Program-made: the position numbers and the translations under genes
Shown: one piece after another, positions 1 to 23,353 of the stretch
Layout of the letters: every line of letters begins with the position of its first letter
Position numbering within the stretch: the first letter of the stretch is position 1
The notes under the pieces: model-generated
What the model was told of the DNA's origin: nothing
The model's database searches: none
The model's input: only the letters and a program-made list of their open reading frames with translations
Origin: Scenedesmus sp. PABB004
Taxonomy: Eukaryota
Reading direction: 5' to 3'
Assembly (NCBI GenBank): GCA_014905635.1
Contig: JABVCE010000016.1
Coordinates: 310,001 to 374,000, forward strand
DNA length: 64,000 bases

Positions 1-1
1 C

Positions 2-154
2 GGCGCGGGCACCGCCGGCGCCGGCGCCGGCAGCGGCGCCGGCCCTGCCGGCGCGGCCGGCGGCGCGGCCGCGGGCGGCGCAGGCACCGGCCCGGGCACG
101 GGCGCCGGCGGCGTCGGCGGCGGGGGCGGCGCCGGCGGTGCCGGCGCGCGCTGA
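2..154 (+). CDS. Possible 3' end of an upstream gene (Gly/Ala-rich C-terminus), truncated by the window edge
   Basis: Open frame from position 2 made of GGC/GCC codons, ending at TGA 152-154; convergent with LeuRS. Confidence 0.3.
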   Translation, partial: GAGTAGAGAGSGAGPAGAAGGAAAGGAGTGPGTGAGGVGGGGGAGGAGAR

Positions 155-558
155 GCGCGCGCCCGTGCGCAGCACTCGCGTGCGTGTGCGTGTGCGTTGG
201 CGTTGGCGCGCGGCGTCGTGGCTGCGCGCGGTTTGGTTGCAGTTGTGGCGGCCCAGCGGCCCAGGATCAGGCTGTGTGTTGCAGGCCGCGCCGTGCACGG
301 CAGCAGCTGCGCGGCGACGCGCTGCTTGGCGGCGGCGGCCTGGCAAATAAGAGCGACCCGCGGCGCGGCCAGCCCGGTTACCGGCCGAGTTCCTGGCGCG
401 GTCACGCACCGCGCCGCCGCGCGGCTCGCTCGCTCGCTCGCAAGCGCCCCGCGCCCGCCGCCCGGCGCGCACGCGCACGACCCTCGCACTCGCGCTCAGC
501 AGCCCGCTCCCCCCGCCGCTGCCGCCGCCGCTCTGCTGCCGCTGCAGCCGCGCGCGCC

Positions 559-10142
<9,584 letters not shown>

Positions 10143-10364
10143 GGCACAGTGATGGTCTGCGGGCGCCGCTCCACGCGCCGCTGCTGGCCGCGCAGGCCCC
10201 GTCGGTCTAGCGGAGCTGCCGGGGTGCGCAGTGGTCGGCACGAGGGCTCGCGGTTCAGTTACGCGCGCGCCCTGCGGCGCCGCCGCGCCCCGACCGCGGC
10301 CGCCGCACCCCGTCCGCCTGGCGCCTTGCCCCTTGGCGCCGGCGGCGTCACGACCGCAGCAGCC

Positions 10365-13300
10365 TCACGCCGGCGCCTCCGCGGCGGCCGCGGCGGAGAG
10401 GCCCTTGTGCGCGGCCTTGCTTGTGCTCGCCTTGGTCAGCTCGCGGATGAGCATCGTCGCGTAAGTCGAGGAGGGCAGCGTGAACTCCAGCAGCACGCCC
10501 ACGCGCTCCCGGCGCTCCTCGACGCCGCCGCCGGGTGCCCCAGGCTCAGCACCGGTTCCGAAGCCAGGCTCGGCGCCGCCAGGCTCGGCGCCGCCCGGCT
10601 CGGCGCCACTGCCGGGCTCGGGCCCAGCAGCCGCCTCTGCGGCGTCGCCCTGGCGCGGGCGCTTGGCGCCGCGCGCGTCGCCCTCCGCCTCCGCGCCGCC
10701 GCCGCCGCCGCCGCCGCCAGCGCCGCTGCCGCCGCCGCCGCCCTCGGCCGCCGCGAGCGCGGCCCAGTCGCTCGGCAGCAGCTCCTCGTCGGCGCCGGCG
10801 TAGCGCATCACGGTGTGCCGCAGGTCGGCCGGCACGTGCAGCAGGCGGCGGTAGTCCCCGGCAGCCCGGCGAGCGAGAACTCGCGGGCGCCGTGCCCCAC
10901 CGGCGCCGCGCCGGCGTCGTCCGCGCCGGCGCCGGCGCCCGCGCCCGCGCGCGCGGCCGCATACTCCTCGGCCGTCGCGCCCGGCAGCGCCACGCCGTCG
11001 GCCGCAGCGAGGGACAGGTAGAAGGCCCGGCCCGCGGCGTGGCGGGGGTACGAGACGCGCGCGCCCGGCAGCGGGAGCACCACGTCGGCGATGCCGTACG
11101 TGCCGGCCGCGGCCTCGTCCGCCGTGACGACGTGCGCCGCCGCGAGCCGCGCCGCCGCCGACGCGGCGGCGGCCGCTGATGCCTCGTCGCCGTCGCCGTC
11201 GGCGCCGCCCGCGTCCGGCGCGTCGCCGTCGTCGCCCGCGTGCGCCTGGTCCACCTCCGAGGCCGCTGCCGCCGCCGCGTCCCCGTCGCCGCCGCCGGCG
11301 CCCGCCGCGGCGCTGCGTGGCAGCAGCACCAGGTCGCCGGCGACCACACGATCCACACCGTAGCGGCGCACGCGCTCGCTCGCGGCCCTGCGAGCAACGA
11401 TGGGCGCGGCGGCCGGCCCGCAGGCCCGGCGCGTGGCCGCGTCGGGGCCCAGGCGCGGCGCGCGTGCCGCGCCGCGGCCGCGCGGCGGCGCACCTGTTCC
11501 ACGCCGCCGACTGCCAGGCGTGCAGGTACATGAGGCGCAGGGTGCGGGGCACGGCCTGCAGCGCCGCGAGGTGCGCGCCGCCGCCGCCGCTGCCGCCGCG
11601 CGCGAGCGTCGCCAGTACCGCGCGCTCGGCGACGAGGAAGGTCGGCAGCGCCTTGAGCGCGCCCTGCGGAAGACAGCACGCGGCGGCGGGGTCGGCACCG
11701 CGTGAACGCGCGGCACGCTGCGCAGAGAGAGCCTCGCTCTCGCAGCGCCGGCGGTCGGGCGGCCGCAGGCGGGCGCGGGGACCGCCGCCCTGCGGCGGCG
11801 CGCAGACCGCCGCCGCTGCCGCCGGCGGCCGCGCGAGCCGCGTTCGCGCCTGGGCGTCGCCGCGCTCGAGGTAGAGCGCCCGCGCCGCCGCGATCTCCGG
11901 CCGCTCGCCCGGCCCGCCCTGCAGGATGAGCCGCGTCGCGGCCGCCCACTCGCCGCGCAGCAGCGCGGCGCCGACGCTGCCGCGCGCACCACGCGCGCCC
12001 GCGCGGCGACGGCGGCGGCGGGGTCAGGCGGTGGGAGCGGGGAGCGCGGCGGCGACGGCCGCGGGCGCGGGGCGCGGGGCGCGGGCGCGGGCGCGGGCGC
12101 GCGCTCACGCGTGCGTCGGCACCGCGCCGGTGCCGAAGCGCTGCAGGCCGAAATAGTTGATGAAGCCCTTGGCCCGCAGCTCACCCACCGCCGCCGCGAC
12201 CTGCGCGGCGCGCGCGTCGGCGCGCCGGCGCGTTGGCGCGTCGGCGCGGCGGCGCGGCGCGGCGGTGCGGGACCGCGACGCCGCTTGGCGCGGGCGCGGG
12301 CGCGGCGCGCACGTGGGCCTCGTCCGGCGGCGCGACATCGCGCATGAGAACTTTGAACGCGTTGCCGCGCAGCTGCCCCAGGCTGAGCTGGTCGGGGACA
12401 AACTCAAAGCTGCCGAGCTTGATCCCCCGCAGCCTGGCGGGGCGGGGGAGGGGACGGGGTGGACAGGGGCGGCGGCGCGGCAGCGGGTGGGCGCGGCGGT
12501 CGGTGGGCGGCGGGCGGGCGCGGCGAGCCGCGCGCGGCGGCGGCGCGCGGCCGCGCGGGCGCGGTGCGCACCGCGCGTTGAGCGCGGCGAGGCGGGCGGG
12601 CGGGATCTTGTGGGCGGTGACCCACTGCGCCGTCACGCCGCGCTTGTCCTTGGTGCCGGCAAAGCCGAAGCAGCGGCCGTGGGCGTGCAGCATGCGGCTG
12701 ATGACGCTCAGCGCCGCCTGTGCGCGTGTTGGGGCGTGTTGAACGCGGGGCGAGGCAGTGTGAGCGGAGCGTGTTTTGTGTGTATGGAGGACGAATGAAG
12801 GGGGCAGCGGGCGCGCCTGCGTGTCCGCGCGCGTGCTTTGACCCTGAAACCTTAACCCTGAGGCTCCCTCAACCCCAAACCCTGCCCCAAAAACCTGCCC
12901 CGTGCCTGCGTGTCCATGTTCTCCTTGAGCATCACAAACCTCACGTGCCGCGCCGCGCCGCCCTCCCACGCTGCGTCGCTCCGCCACTCTGCGCGCGCGC
13001 GGCCGCGCGGCGGGCCGGCGCCGTGAGCGCGGGGCGGCGCCGCGCTGTGTGTGGCGCGGCAACGGCGCGCGCGCGCGCGACAGCGCGCCCGCGCCGCCAA
13101 CGCACCGCCGCCGCCGCGCTTCTGGCCGCGCCCGCGGCCGCGCCCGCCGCGGCCGCCGCGGCCGCCGCCGCCGCCGCCGGCCGCCGCGGCGCGCACGCGG
13201 ATGACGTTGTGCGGGGGCGCCGCGTCCGCCGCGCCCGCCGGCGCCGCGCCGGCCACCGTGTCGGTCGCGAGCGGCGGCAGGCGGGGGTCGGACTTGAGAA

Positions 13301-14035
13301 ACTGGTGCATGGCCTGCCGGGGACGGCGCGGCGCGGCGCGGCGGGCGCGTCATTTGGTCGGCGGAGCCCCGCGCCGCGCGCTGCGCGCCCGCGGCGCCGC
13401 GCCCCGCGCGCTGCCGCCCGCGCCCACCCGCCGCCGATCGCGGTCGTCCTCCGGCTGCATGTCTGCCTCCAGCGGCTCGCCGGCCGGCCCCGCCCCCGGC
13501 TGCTGCGGGCCCCGCCAGCGCCGCCGGCGGCCGCCTCCTGCTGCTGCTGCTGCATGATCCGCCCCAGCAGGCCTGCGAGCACCGCGCCGTTGGCCTCGCC
13601 CGCGAGCGCCGCAAACGCGGCCGCCGCCGCGGCCACCGACTCGGGCGTCAGCGCCGCCGCATCGCGCGGGGGCGCCTGCCGCGGCGGCGACGGCGGCGGC
13701 GGCGGCGGCGGCGGGAGGATCGGCAAGTCGGTGGCGGCGCAGGCAGCGCGCGCCGGCCGCCACGCGCCCGGCCCGCCCCGCGCCCGCCGCGCGCCGCCGC
13801 CGTCGCGTGCCTGCTGCTCCGGCGCCGCGGTGCTGGTGAGGCGCGCGGTGCGGCCGTCCTGGTCCACCTCGAACACCTGGAAGTCGCTGTACCTGCGGGG
13901 CCGCCGGACGGGCTCGCGAACACAACAGCGGCCCGCGCCGCCGCGCGCGGCGCGCCCGCACCGGTGCTTGAGGATGCCCGTGAAGCCGCTGGTGGCGGTG
14001 GTGTACTCCTCGATGCCCACCGCCGCCTCCTCCAT
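10365..14035 (-). CDS. PUS7: TruD-family pseudouridine synthase (PUS7-like), multi-exon
   Basis: GFTGILKHRYSDFQVFEVD, FAGTKDKRGVTAQ, GFINYFGLQRFG, RLMYLHAWQS, FTLPSSTYATMLIREL; apparent 1-nt frameshift at 10856-10859. Confidence 0.92.
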
Positions 14036-14357
14036 GGTCGCGGAGCGCGCGGCGGCTGCCGGCACGGGCGCTGCTGCTGCCGCCGCTGCTGCGCCGCCGC
14101 CGCCGCCGCTCCAGGCGCGCCTCACGCGCGATGGCTGTGCCGCGGGAGGAGCCAGCTCGCCCGGAAAGGCCGAGCGAAGCCTCTGCAAAACCTGGACCGC
14201 CGGCCGGCGCCGGCGCCGCACGCAGCGGCGGGGCAGCAGGTCAGAGCGACGCTTTTGGACCGGCGCGCGTTCGCACACGCTGAACCCGGCGCTCCTGCGC
14301 GCTTCCGGGCGCAGCGCGGCGCCGTTGACCGGCCGCCGCGAGCAGCCCGCAGCTGCC

Positions 14358-17300
14358 ATGGCGATGCGGATACGACACATCAAGGGCTTCAAGTGCGCCC
14401 GCCTGGTCCCCGGGGCGCCACCCAGCAGCGCCCGGGAGCGGCGAGCGCGCAGCGCACCGCGTCGCCGGCGCGCGAGCCCGAGCCGCGCCGCCCCGCGCGC
14501 AGTGGCGGAGTCGCCGGCGGCCTGGCTGCCCACCCCAGCGAGCGGGTGATGTACTACGTCGTGGGCAGCAGCGTGCTGGCCGTATTTGAGGTGCGCCGCC
14601 GCGCGCGCGCGTCCCCCGCCGCCGTGGGCAGCTGCGCCGGCCGCGCCGCGCGGCACACGCGCATCCGGCGCCACCCTGCGCTGCGCGCCCGCGGCGCAGG
14701 GCGACCCCACCAAGCAGGTGCAGCTGCGGGGCCACGACGACGAGCTCACCGCGTTTGCGATGTCGCCGCGCGGCACGTTCCTCGCGACGGGCCAGCGGGG
14801 CGCCAACTCGGACGTCGTCATCTGGGACGCGCGCGGCCTGGCGCAGAAGCACAGGTGCGGACCCCGGGGTGGCGGCGGCGGCGGCGCTGGCGGCGGCGGT
14901 TGTGGAGCAGCCGCGCGCGGCCAGCGCGCGCGCCAGCCCGCCCGCGGCCGTGTGCGCGCACGGCCGCTGCGGGCGGCGCCCAGGTTCCAGGAGCACAACT
15001 TTGAGGTGTGCGCCCTCGCCTTCTCGTCCGACGAGCGCCTGCTCGCGACCGTGGGCAACGAGCGGTGCGGCGCGCGCGCGGCGGCGGCGGCCGGGCCGGG
15101 CGCCCGCGCACGCGCGCACATGCAAACACATTCACACCCCTGTGCCCGCAGCGAGCGGCGCGTGTTCGTGCTGGACACCGCCACCGGCAAGATCGTCAGC
15201 AACACCACGCTGCTCGAGCCCAAGGCGCGGCGCGTGGGCGCCGGCGCGGACGCTGCCGCGCCCCCGGCGCCGGCACTGTGCGGGGCCTGCCCGCTCGCTC
15301 AGCCCTCCGCGCCGACGCGGCGCCGCCGCGCAGCGCACGCGCGCGCTCGCGTGGTCGCCGGCGTGCGGGCCGTGCTACGTGTTTGCCAGCGCGGCGGACA
15401 TGGACCTGTACCTCTACACGCTCGACCCCTTCAAGGGCTGGGTGCGCGGCGCGCCTGGGCCTCGAGGCGGGGCTGCGCGCGCCGGCCGGCACGCCCACCA
15501 TGCCGGCAGCCACGTGGCTGCCGGCTGGCGCACCAGCTGCCAGAAGCCAGGCCCGGGCAGGCGGCGGGCGCGCGCCCGAGAGCGCGGCCGCCATGCACCC
15601 GCGGCGCGTGGCCTGCGCAGGTCAACTGCGAGAAGGTGGTCACCGGCAGCGTGCGAAAGGCGGTGCACGCGCTGTGCTTCTCCGCCGACGGCGCGTGGCT
15701 GTTCGCGGGGACGGCGAGCGGCGACGTGCTGTCAATCAACGTGGCGCGCCGCGCGGTGCAGGTGCGCCAGGGCGCGCCCGCAGCCGCGGCGCGGCGGCGC
15801 CGCACGACGCCGCGCGACGCCGAACGCGCCGCGCTGCGCGTGCGCGGGCGCTCGCAGGTGATGCACCAGGTGGCCTCTGCCGGCGTCAGCGCGCTGCTGC
15901 TCGCCCCTGACGGCCGCCGGCTGCTGGTCGGCGCGCTGGACAGCAGCCTGAGCCTGTTTGACCCGCGCGGCGAGGGCCCCCACACGGCGCCGCCGCTGGC
16001 GGCCGTGCCCGGCGCGATTGTCGCGCTCAGCGCCGCCGCCGGCGGCGGGCTGCTCGTCGGCACGCAGCAGGGCGACATCAGCCTGGTGCCCGCCGCGGGC
16101 GGGCGCGTGGCGCCGGTGCTGCAGAGCCAGCGCGGCGCGCTGCGCGACCTGGTGTGGGCGCCCTGCGGCGGCAGCCTGGCCACGGCGAGCGCGAGCGGCA
16201 CCGTCTGCGTGTGGGATGCGGCGGTCAGTGCGGCGGCGGCCGCCGGGCGCGCGCGCGCGTGCGGCCGCCGCCGCGCCCGCCGGCCCGCTCACCGCCGGCC
16301 CGCCCACCGCCCGCCGCTGCCGCCGCGCGCGTGCAGACGCTCGGGCTCGAGTGCCGCGCGGCGCTGCACAACACCGACGCGGCGGCGCAGAGCGTCGCGC
16401 TGTCGCCGGACGGCGCGCTGCTGGTGTCCGGCTGGTCAGACGGCGACATCCACTGCCACGGCCGCGGCGGGGCGCAGGGCGGCGCCGGCGGCGCGCCGGG
16501 CGCGCCCGCCCGGCCGGCGCCGGGCGCGGCGGCGCACGCGCCCGGCGCGGCGCTCTGGTGCATCCCGCAGGCGCACGCGACGGCGCACTCGGCGGGCGTG
16601 CCCGCGCTGCAGGTCAGCCACCGCGGGCACTTCATCGCCTCGGGCGGCGCGGGCGGCGAGGTGCGGGTCTGGGACGTCGCGAGCCGCGAGCTGGTGAGCC
16701 ACCTCAAGCACCACGTCATGCCGATCACCGACCTCAAGGTCAGGCGGGCGGAGGGAGGCCGCGCACGCGGGGCCGTGCCGGACGCGGCGACGGCGTCGGC
16801 GGGGCCTGGGGCCAGGGCACGGCGGCGGAGTCACGATCGCGGCTGACCGTGCGCGCAGGTGATGCTGGACGACGCGCACCTGCTCGCGGCGAGCGAGGAC
16901 CGCACCTGGAGCGTGTGGGACAGTCGCCAACGAGCGCCCGACGCGCATCACGCGCGCCGCCATGGGCGCCGTGCGTGGCGTCGACATGGCGCCCGACAAC
17001 GTGCGCCGCGCGCGCCGGCCCCGCCCCGCGCGGCCGCCGTGGCCGACCCAACCCCACCCGCCGCGGCGGCAGTGCGCGCGCGCAGGTGTCGGTCGTGAGC
17101 GTCGGGCTTGACCGCGCGGTGTCGGTGTGGGACCTGCGGTGCGACGCGGCGGTGCGCGTCGTGCAGGACGCGCACCAGCACGAGATCACGTGCGTCGCGG
17201 TCAACCATGCCGGCACCCTCATCGCGACCGGCGGCGCCGACTGCGCGGGTGCGGGCTCGCGCAAGCTCCCGCGCTGCCCGGCGCGCTGCCGCGCGGGCGT

Positions 17301-17593
17301 TGCTGCACGCGCCGCCGAGCCGCCGCCGCCGCCGCGCGGCCGCAGTCAAGCTCTGGGAGTTTGGCTCGGGGCGGCCGGTCGGCGCGTTTGCGGGCCACAC
17401 GAGCACGGTCAACCAGCTTGCGTTCAGCGCGGACGACAACCAGCTCGCGAGCGTGGGCGACGACGGCGCGCTCGTGCTATACCGGCGCGTGAGGCGCCCC
17501 GAACGCGCTGCGGGAGGGTTGTGCTGCGTTACACGCACGACGCACAAACTAGGCCGCGCCGTGAGCACGCTGGCTGCGGCGAATGACCGATGA
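14358..17593 (+). CDS. WD40-repeat protein, CFAP52/WDR16-like; 3' end uncertain
   Basis: Repeated WD blades (LRGHDDELTAFAMSPRGTFLATG, VRVWD, GHTSTVNQLAFSADDNQLASVGDDG); apparent frameshift near 16922. Confidence 0.8.
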
Positions 17594-17836
17594 AGCCCGG
17601 GCCCGCCCGACCTCGGCCCGCTTGCGCAGTCTTCTGAGCACCCTCCCTGATGTTCGTGGGGCAGGCACGCGTTCTTGAGCAGCGTTCTCATCGCAGCGCA
17701 CACGCGTTTGGATGCAGTGCGCGGGCAGCAGCTACCGCCATGCGGCAGTTTGGCGGCCAGACCAACAGCTGACCAGCAGTGCTCAAAACCAGCCCCGCGT
17801 GCCCAAATCCCTGCAACACAGCGAGCCATGCGCACG

Positions 17837-19091
17837 TCACACGCAGAGCCCGTGCGGCTCGAGCAGCCGCCGGCCCCAGAGCGTCACGCCAGTGTCGATG
17901 ATGGCCCACAGCAGCACCACCAAGCACGAGAGCACCACGCCGTGCCCGACGAGGCCCAGCTCGGGCCTGGTCGGGCCCGCGGGCAGCTCCGGCGCCGGCA
18001 CCGCCGCCGCCGCGGCGCCGCTGCTGCCCGCGGCGCCGCTGGCGGCCGCGGCGCGGGCGAGGGCCGCCGGCGCAGGGTCGCCGGGGGCGGGGGCGGGGCC
18101 GCGCCGCGCCGCGGCGCGCGCCGCCGCGAACGCGCGCACGCCGCGCGCCTCCTGCACGCCGAGGATGTACAATGGGATGACGGCGGCGAGCGCAGCATGC
18201 ACGAGCAGCATCAGCGCCGCCACAGGGCACGGGGCCGCGCTCTCGGTGAGCGGCGCGACGGTCGCGAGCACGCTGCCCGCCGCGCCGCCAAAGAGCCAGC
18301 ACGCGTCGCGGTACATCGCGCGCGCGACGACCTGCAGCCGTGGGTGCGCCACGAACACGCGCAGCAGGCGCGGCAGCAGCGCCTGCGGGCGCGGGCGCGT
18401 GCGCGCGCGGTGTTTGGGTGGGGCTCGGGCCCGGGCGCCGCCGCAGCAACGTCACGCCGGCGCCCCCGCGCGCGGTCCCTCACCGCGCTGCCTGCTGCAC
18501 GTGCGACGAAGTATGGCGTCGCGATGCGCAGCGGCAGCAGGTACGCCAGCGGCTCCATCAGGCCCACCGCGCTCAGGCAGCCGCCAAACACGAGCCGATA
18601 CGCCAGCTGGCGAGGCGCGAGCGCGGCGGCGTGAGCGGCGGCGGCGGCGCGGCGGGCGCGCGCGCGCGCGCGCGAGCGCGCCGCCGTCGGGCGCTGCGCG
18701 CGCCGCGCACCGCCGCGTGCTTGCCGGCCGCCAGCTCGCGCGGGACCGTGAATGACCAGGTGAGCGGGACATATATGACCATGAGCGCCAGGCTCGCGCC
18801 GCGCAGGGCCGCGAGCGACGCGGCGCGGTGCCGGCGGTGCAGCGGCGCGTCGTGCGCGATGACGGCGAGTATCGCGAGGTCAAACGCCAGGTGGCCGACC
18901 ATCCACGCCAGCGCCGCGGCCGCCGTGCGCGCGTCGGCGGCGCCGCGCGCGGCGCGGACGTTGTAGATCGTCGCAGCGACGAGCAGGCTCGCAAAGAACT
19001 GGGACGCCTTGGTGTCGCGCGCGCGGAGCTCCGCCGCGCGGCTGGCCCAGAAGGCGGCGGCCAGGCCGGTGCGGCCGGCGCGCGGCGCCAT
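17837..19091 (-). CDS. Hypothetical multi-pass membrane protein
   Basis: About three exons with several hydrophobic segments (ALMVIYVPLTWSF, ALMLLVHAALAAVIPLYILG, VVLSCLVVLLWAII). Confidence 0.6.
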
Positions 19092-19718
19092 GCGCGCACC
19101 GCTAGCGGCGGCAGCGCTGCCGCCCGTGTGCCGCCCGCTGCCGCCCGCTGCCGCCGCTGCTGTCGCCGCTTCTGCCGGCGCTGCTTAGGTACCACCTCTG
19201 CCTGCGCCCGCGCTCCAGCCGCCGCGGCGGCTGGGGGCGCGGCGCCCGGCGAGCAGCGGCGGCAGCAGTCGGCGAGCCGGCGCTGCTCGCTGAGGCAGCT
19301 GCTGCCGCCCCGCGCGCGCTGCCCGCCTGCGCACGGTGTCACTGCGGTCGGTGGGCGCAGCGGCGCAGCGAACGCCTGGGAGAGCTGCGCGCCGGCCGGC
19401 GGCCGTCACGGGCGCTTCAGCGGCGGCGGCGGCGCGCCAGGGCGCACCCCCAGGGCGCCGCGCGGTGCCCCCCCGCGCGCCGGGCGGCCGGCACTTCCTG
19501 CAGCGCGTCGAGTGGGTCTCGTCCGCCCAGTCGCCGCGGGGGCCGCGCACGCACGCCATTCGAACAACCGGGCCCCACGCCTCCGTCGTCGCACGCAACG
19601 CCCCGTGCCTGCCCGGTGACGCAGCTACGGATGCGCTGCTGCTGCTGACAGCCTCGCCTGCGGCCGCGGAGCCCGGTACGGCGTTGTTGACGCCCCCGCG
19701 GCCCGGCTGCTGCTCGCG

Positions 19719-22097
19719 ATGGCGGACGACCCCGGCGAGCTGGTGCTGCTGCACCTGGCGTTTGCCCGCGACGCCGCGGAGGCCAGGTGCGGGCGGGCGC
19801 GGGCGCGCGCCGCCGCGCGGGCGCGCGCAGCACGGCAACCCACGCTGGGCGCGCTGCCGCGCCCGCCCGGCCGCCGCGCGCCCCGCCCGCAGCGCGCGCC
19901 AGGCCGCGGCCCTGCAGGAGCGCGCGGTGCTGGCGGAGACGCAGCTGGCGGCCTGCAGGGCGGCGTACGCGCGCAAGGCGCGCGAGGGCGAGGCGCTCGC
20001 GCGCGAGCTGGCGGAAGCCTCGGCGGCAGCGGACGAGCTGCGGCAGCGCGTGCTCGCGCTGAGCGACGAGCTCGCCGCCGAGGAGGGCGCGCACGTGGCC
20101 GACCAGCAGGAGCTGGCGCTGGCGCAGCAGGCGCTCGCGGGCGCGCGCGCGGAGGCTGGGGCGCTGCAGGAGGCGCTCGCGCGCGGCCGCGGCGCCGGCG
20201 CCTGCGCAGGCGGCGGCAGCGGCGGCGCAGGGCCGGAGCCCCTGGAGCCCCTGCGCGCGCGCGTGCAGGCGCTGCAGGCCGAGCTGTCTGGCGCGCAGGC
20301 GGAGCGGGGCGGCCTGCTCGCGCAGCTGCAGGAGCAGGGCGCGCGGCTCGCCCAGCTCGCGGCGGCGGCCGGCGGCGGCGCCGCAGGCGGCAGCGCGCCC
20401 GCCACGCAGACACACGCGTCGCCGGCGGCGCCGCCGCGTGCCACGCCGCCTCAGCCGTCGCCGCCCGGCAGCGCGGAGCGCGAGCAGCAGGGCCGCGCGG
20501 CGCTCCGCGCGCGGCTGGCGGCGCTGTCGGAGGAGAACGCGGCGCTGCGGGCGCAGCAGGCGGCGCTGCAGCGGCAGCGCGACGCCGCGGCGGCCCAGGC
20601 GGCGTCGGCGCGCGAGCGGCTCGAGGCGCTGCAGGCCGCGCAGCAGGCGGAGGAGCGGCACGCGCAGCCGGCGGAGGAGCGGCGCGCGCAGCCGGCAGAG
20701 GCGGCGGAGCAGGCCGCGCAGCCGGCGGAGGAGGGCGGCGGCACCGCGCCGGGGCACGACAAGGCCTACTACAAGCGGCTCAGCAAGGCGCTGCGCGCCA
20801 AGTACGACGCCGTGCGCGCGGAGCTGCAGCGCGTCGACCCCGCCGCGCTGCGGCGGCACGACGCGAAGCGCCGCCTCGCGGCCGCCGCGGCGCGGAGCGG
20901 CGCCGACGGCGGCGGCGGCGGCGGCGGCGCAGCGCGCGCCGCCGGCGCGGCGGGCGAGCCCGCTGCCAGCGCGCAGCCCGCGGCGGTGCCCGTGGAGCCG
21001 GCCAGCAAGCGGTGCAAGGCTGACGCGGCAGCTCGCGACGGTGCGCGCGCCAGCCCCACCGAGGCGACGGCGGCGCCGGCGCAGGCGCCGGCGGCGCAGC
21101 AGCAGGCAGCGGTGGGGCGCCAGCCGCTTGCCGTCCTGGGCCTCAACAGCCAGGACCAGGAGGAGGTGGGCGGCGTGCACTGCAAGCTGGCGGCCGTGGG
21201 CGGCGTGGCCGGGGCGCTGCCCGCGGAGCAGGCATGCGGCGGCGCGAGCCAAGCGAGCTGCGAGTCGGAGGCCCAGTCGAGCCGGCAGCCAAAGGCGGCG
21301 CGCGCTGGGGAGCAGCAGGCCGCAGACGCGCACAAGCAGCAGGGCCTGCAGGTCGAGCAGCAGCCGCAGCAGCAGCAGCAGGTACTGCGGGCGGGCGCGC
21401 CCGCCAGCCCAGCGTGGCGCACATCGCGCGGCGGCAGCAGGGCGCTGGCCGCCGCCGGGGTGTCGCTGCGGCCGACGGCTTCGACCTGCCTGCCGAGGTC
21501 GGCGCGAGCCGTGCGCAGCCAAGCGCGCGGCAGCCGGCGCCTCCGCCGCAGCGGCAGCAGCAGCAGCAGCCGCAGCAGCAGCAGCCGCAGCAGCAGCAGC
21601 CGCAGCAGCAGCAGCAGCCGCAGCAGCAGCAGCAGCCGCAGTTCAAGTACCAGGAGGTGGTGCGCAAGCGTGCGGAGCGCGAGGCGCTGCCGGCGTTTGA
21701 GTGCGACGCCTGCCGCACCTTTTACGGCGCGCTGCAGTCGTGGGGCGCGGCGGGGCAGGCGCTCGGCGCGCCGTCGTGCGGGCACGCGGCGCCCCCTGGC
21801 GCGCGCGGCGGCCCCGCGGCGCCGGGCGCGGCGGCGCCCGGCCCCGGCGGCGGCGCCGCGCCGCCGGGCGTGGGGCAGCTGGTGCAGGACGCGTCGCGCC
21901 ACCGCGCGCGCTGGCGGGCGCCGTCGACGCCGCAGGGCTTCTGGGACATCGGCTTCACGCCCGACCCCGTGCCCTCGCCACCGCACGACGGCGCGCTGCC
22001 GTTTGCGCTGCTGCCCGGGGCGGCGGAGCCGGGCGGCGGGGCGCCGCCGGGCGAGCCAGACGGCGGCGGCGGGGGCGGCTGCGCGAGCCTCTTCTAG
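19719..22097 (+). CDS. CtIP/Sae2/COM1-like DNA end-resection protein
   Basis: N-terminal coiled coil; C-terminal FKYQEVVRKRAEREALPAFECDACRTFY (CxxC) and SRHR...PSTPQGFWDIGF motifs. Confidence 0.85.
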
Positions 22098-23353
22098 CGG
22101 CGGCGGCCTCTCTCTTGTTCTAGCGGCGGCGCGTGCATGAAGTGCGTTACTCTTGCGACGCGGGGCCCCGACCGGGGAATGGGTTTGGTTCTTGCTGCGT
22201 GTGCTGGGCGCTGCCGAGCCGGGGCGCCCCGGCCGGCCGCTGCCCCTCTTGGTGTGCTGTGTTTGTGTGCGTAAAGCAAAAAAAGGAGTCCCCACGGGCA
22301 ACACCGACCGACACGCCACCAATGCAGTCGCAGGCACCGGGTTCAACGCGGCACGCTCGCTCGATCATCTGCAGGGCGCGAGGCAGCAGCCCGCCTCGCG
22401 GGGCATGGCGGGTGCGTGCACGACTGCGGCGCACACATATCACACGCAGCACGCGCGCCAGCAGCCATTCAGCGATGCTGGAGTCACCATGCTGAAATCA
22501 TCATCGCCGAGCGCCCAGGCTGGCTGCTGCGCGAGGCAGAGCGAGGCAGAACACCACGGCAAGTGCTCTGGCCCCGGCCACTTCGCCGGCGCGAGGCCGC
22601 AAAGCGCGCCGCGCTGCCAAATCCAAGCCGCCACTGCTCGATGCGCGCATTCCATTCAACGGCCGGCGCAGCGCCGGCAACACCACGCCACACCACCTCC
22701 TGGCCTATGATGGAGGTCGGTCGGTCGGCCGTGCCCCCCAATCCACCCGCGCAGCGCCCGGTTGCCCCTCGGCCGCCCCAGCCCGCCACGCACGCACGCG
22801 CGCGCCGTCGCCGCTGGCCCAGCCCTGCCTTGCTGCCCCTCCAGCCCCGCCTGCCCGTCGCATGGGGTCCGGGCCCGCCTGCTGCCGCTGCTGCCCCGGA
22901 CCCGGAGTTGATACGTAAGAAAGCTAGTGTGCAGTGCTCATCATTTCTAAGTGGTGCGATGCAGCCGCGCACGCGAGGGTGCGAGGCAGCCCGCGCCGGC
23001 AGCGCGCGCCGGGCCCCCCCTGGGCCGCGTGCCGCGTTTTGTGTGCGCGGGCGCGCCGGGGGCCCGAGCCGCGGCCAGGCCCGCCGCCGCCGACCGCGCA
23101 GCGGGGGCGCTCCCCTGCGCCCGCAGCCACCCGGCAGCGGGTCGCTGCTTTGTCGCGCAGCCATGAGCAGCATGAGTGTCCGCTTGTCTCCCCCGCGCCC
23201 AGGCATCATCTGTCGTCCGTCCGTCTGTCCGCCGGTCAGTCGCGGCGCTCGGGGCCGCGCGCCGCTCAGGGGTGCGTCCCGGGCGACCAATCCCATCGCG
23301 GGCGGCGACCAATCCCGCCGGGCCGCCCCGAGCGGCGGCCGCGGCCCCAGCCC

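Noticed and set aside
21382..21460. Frame change within the CtIP-like gene
   Set aside because: Explained either by a ~59-nt GT-AG intron (21382-21440) or by a G-run indel; not evidence of recoding
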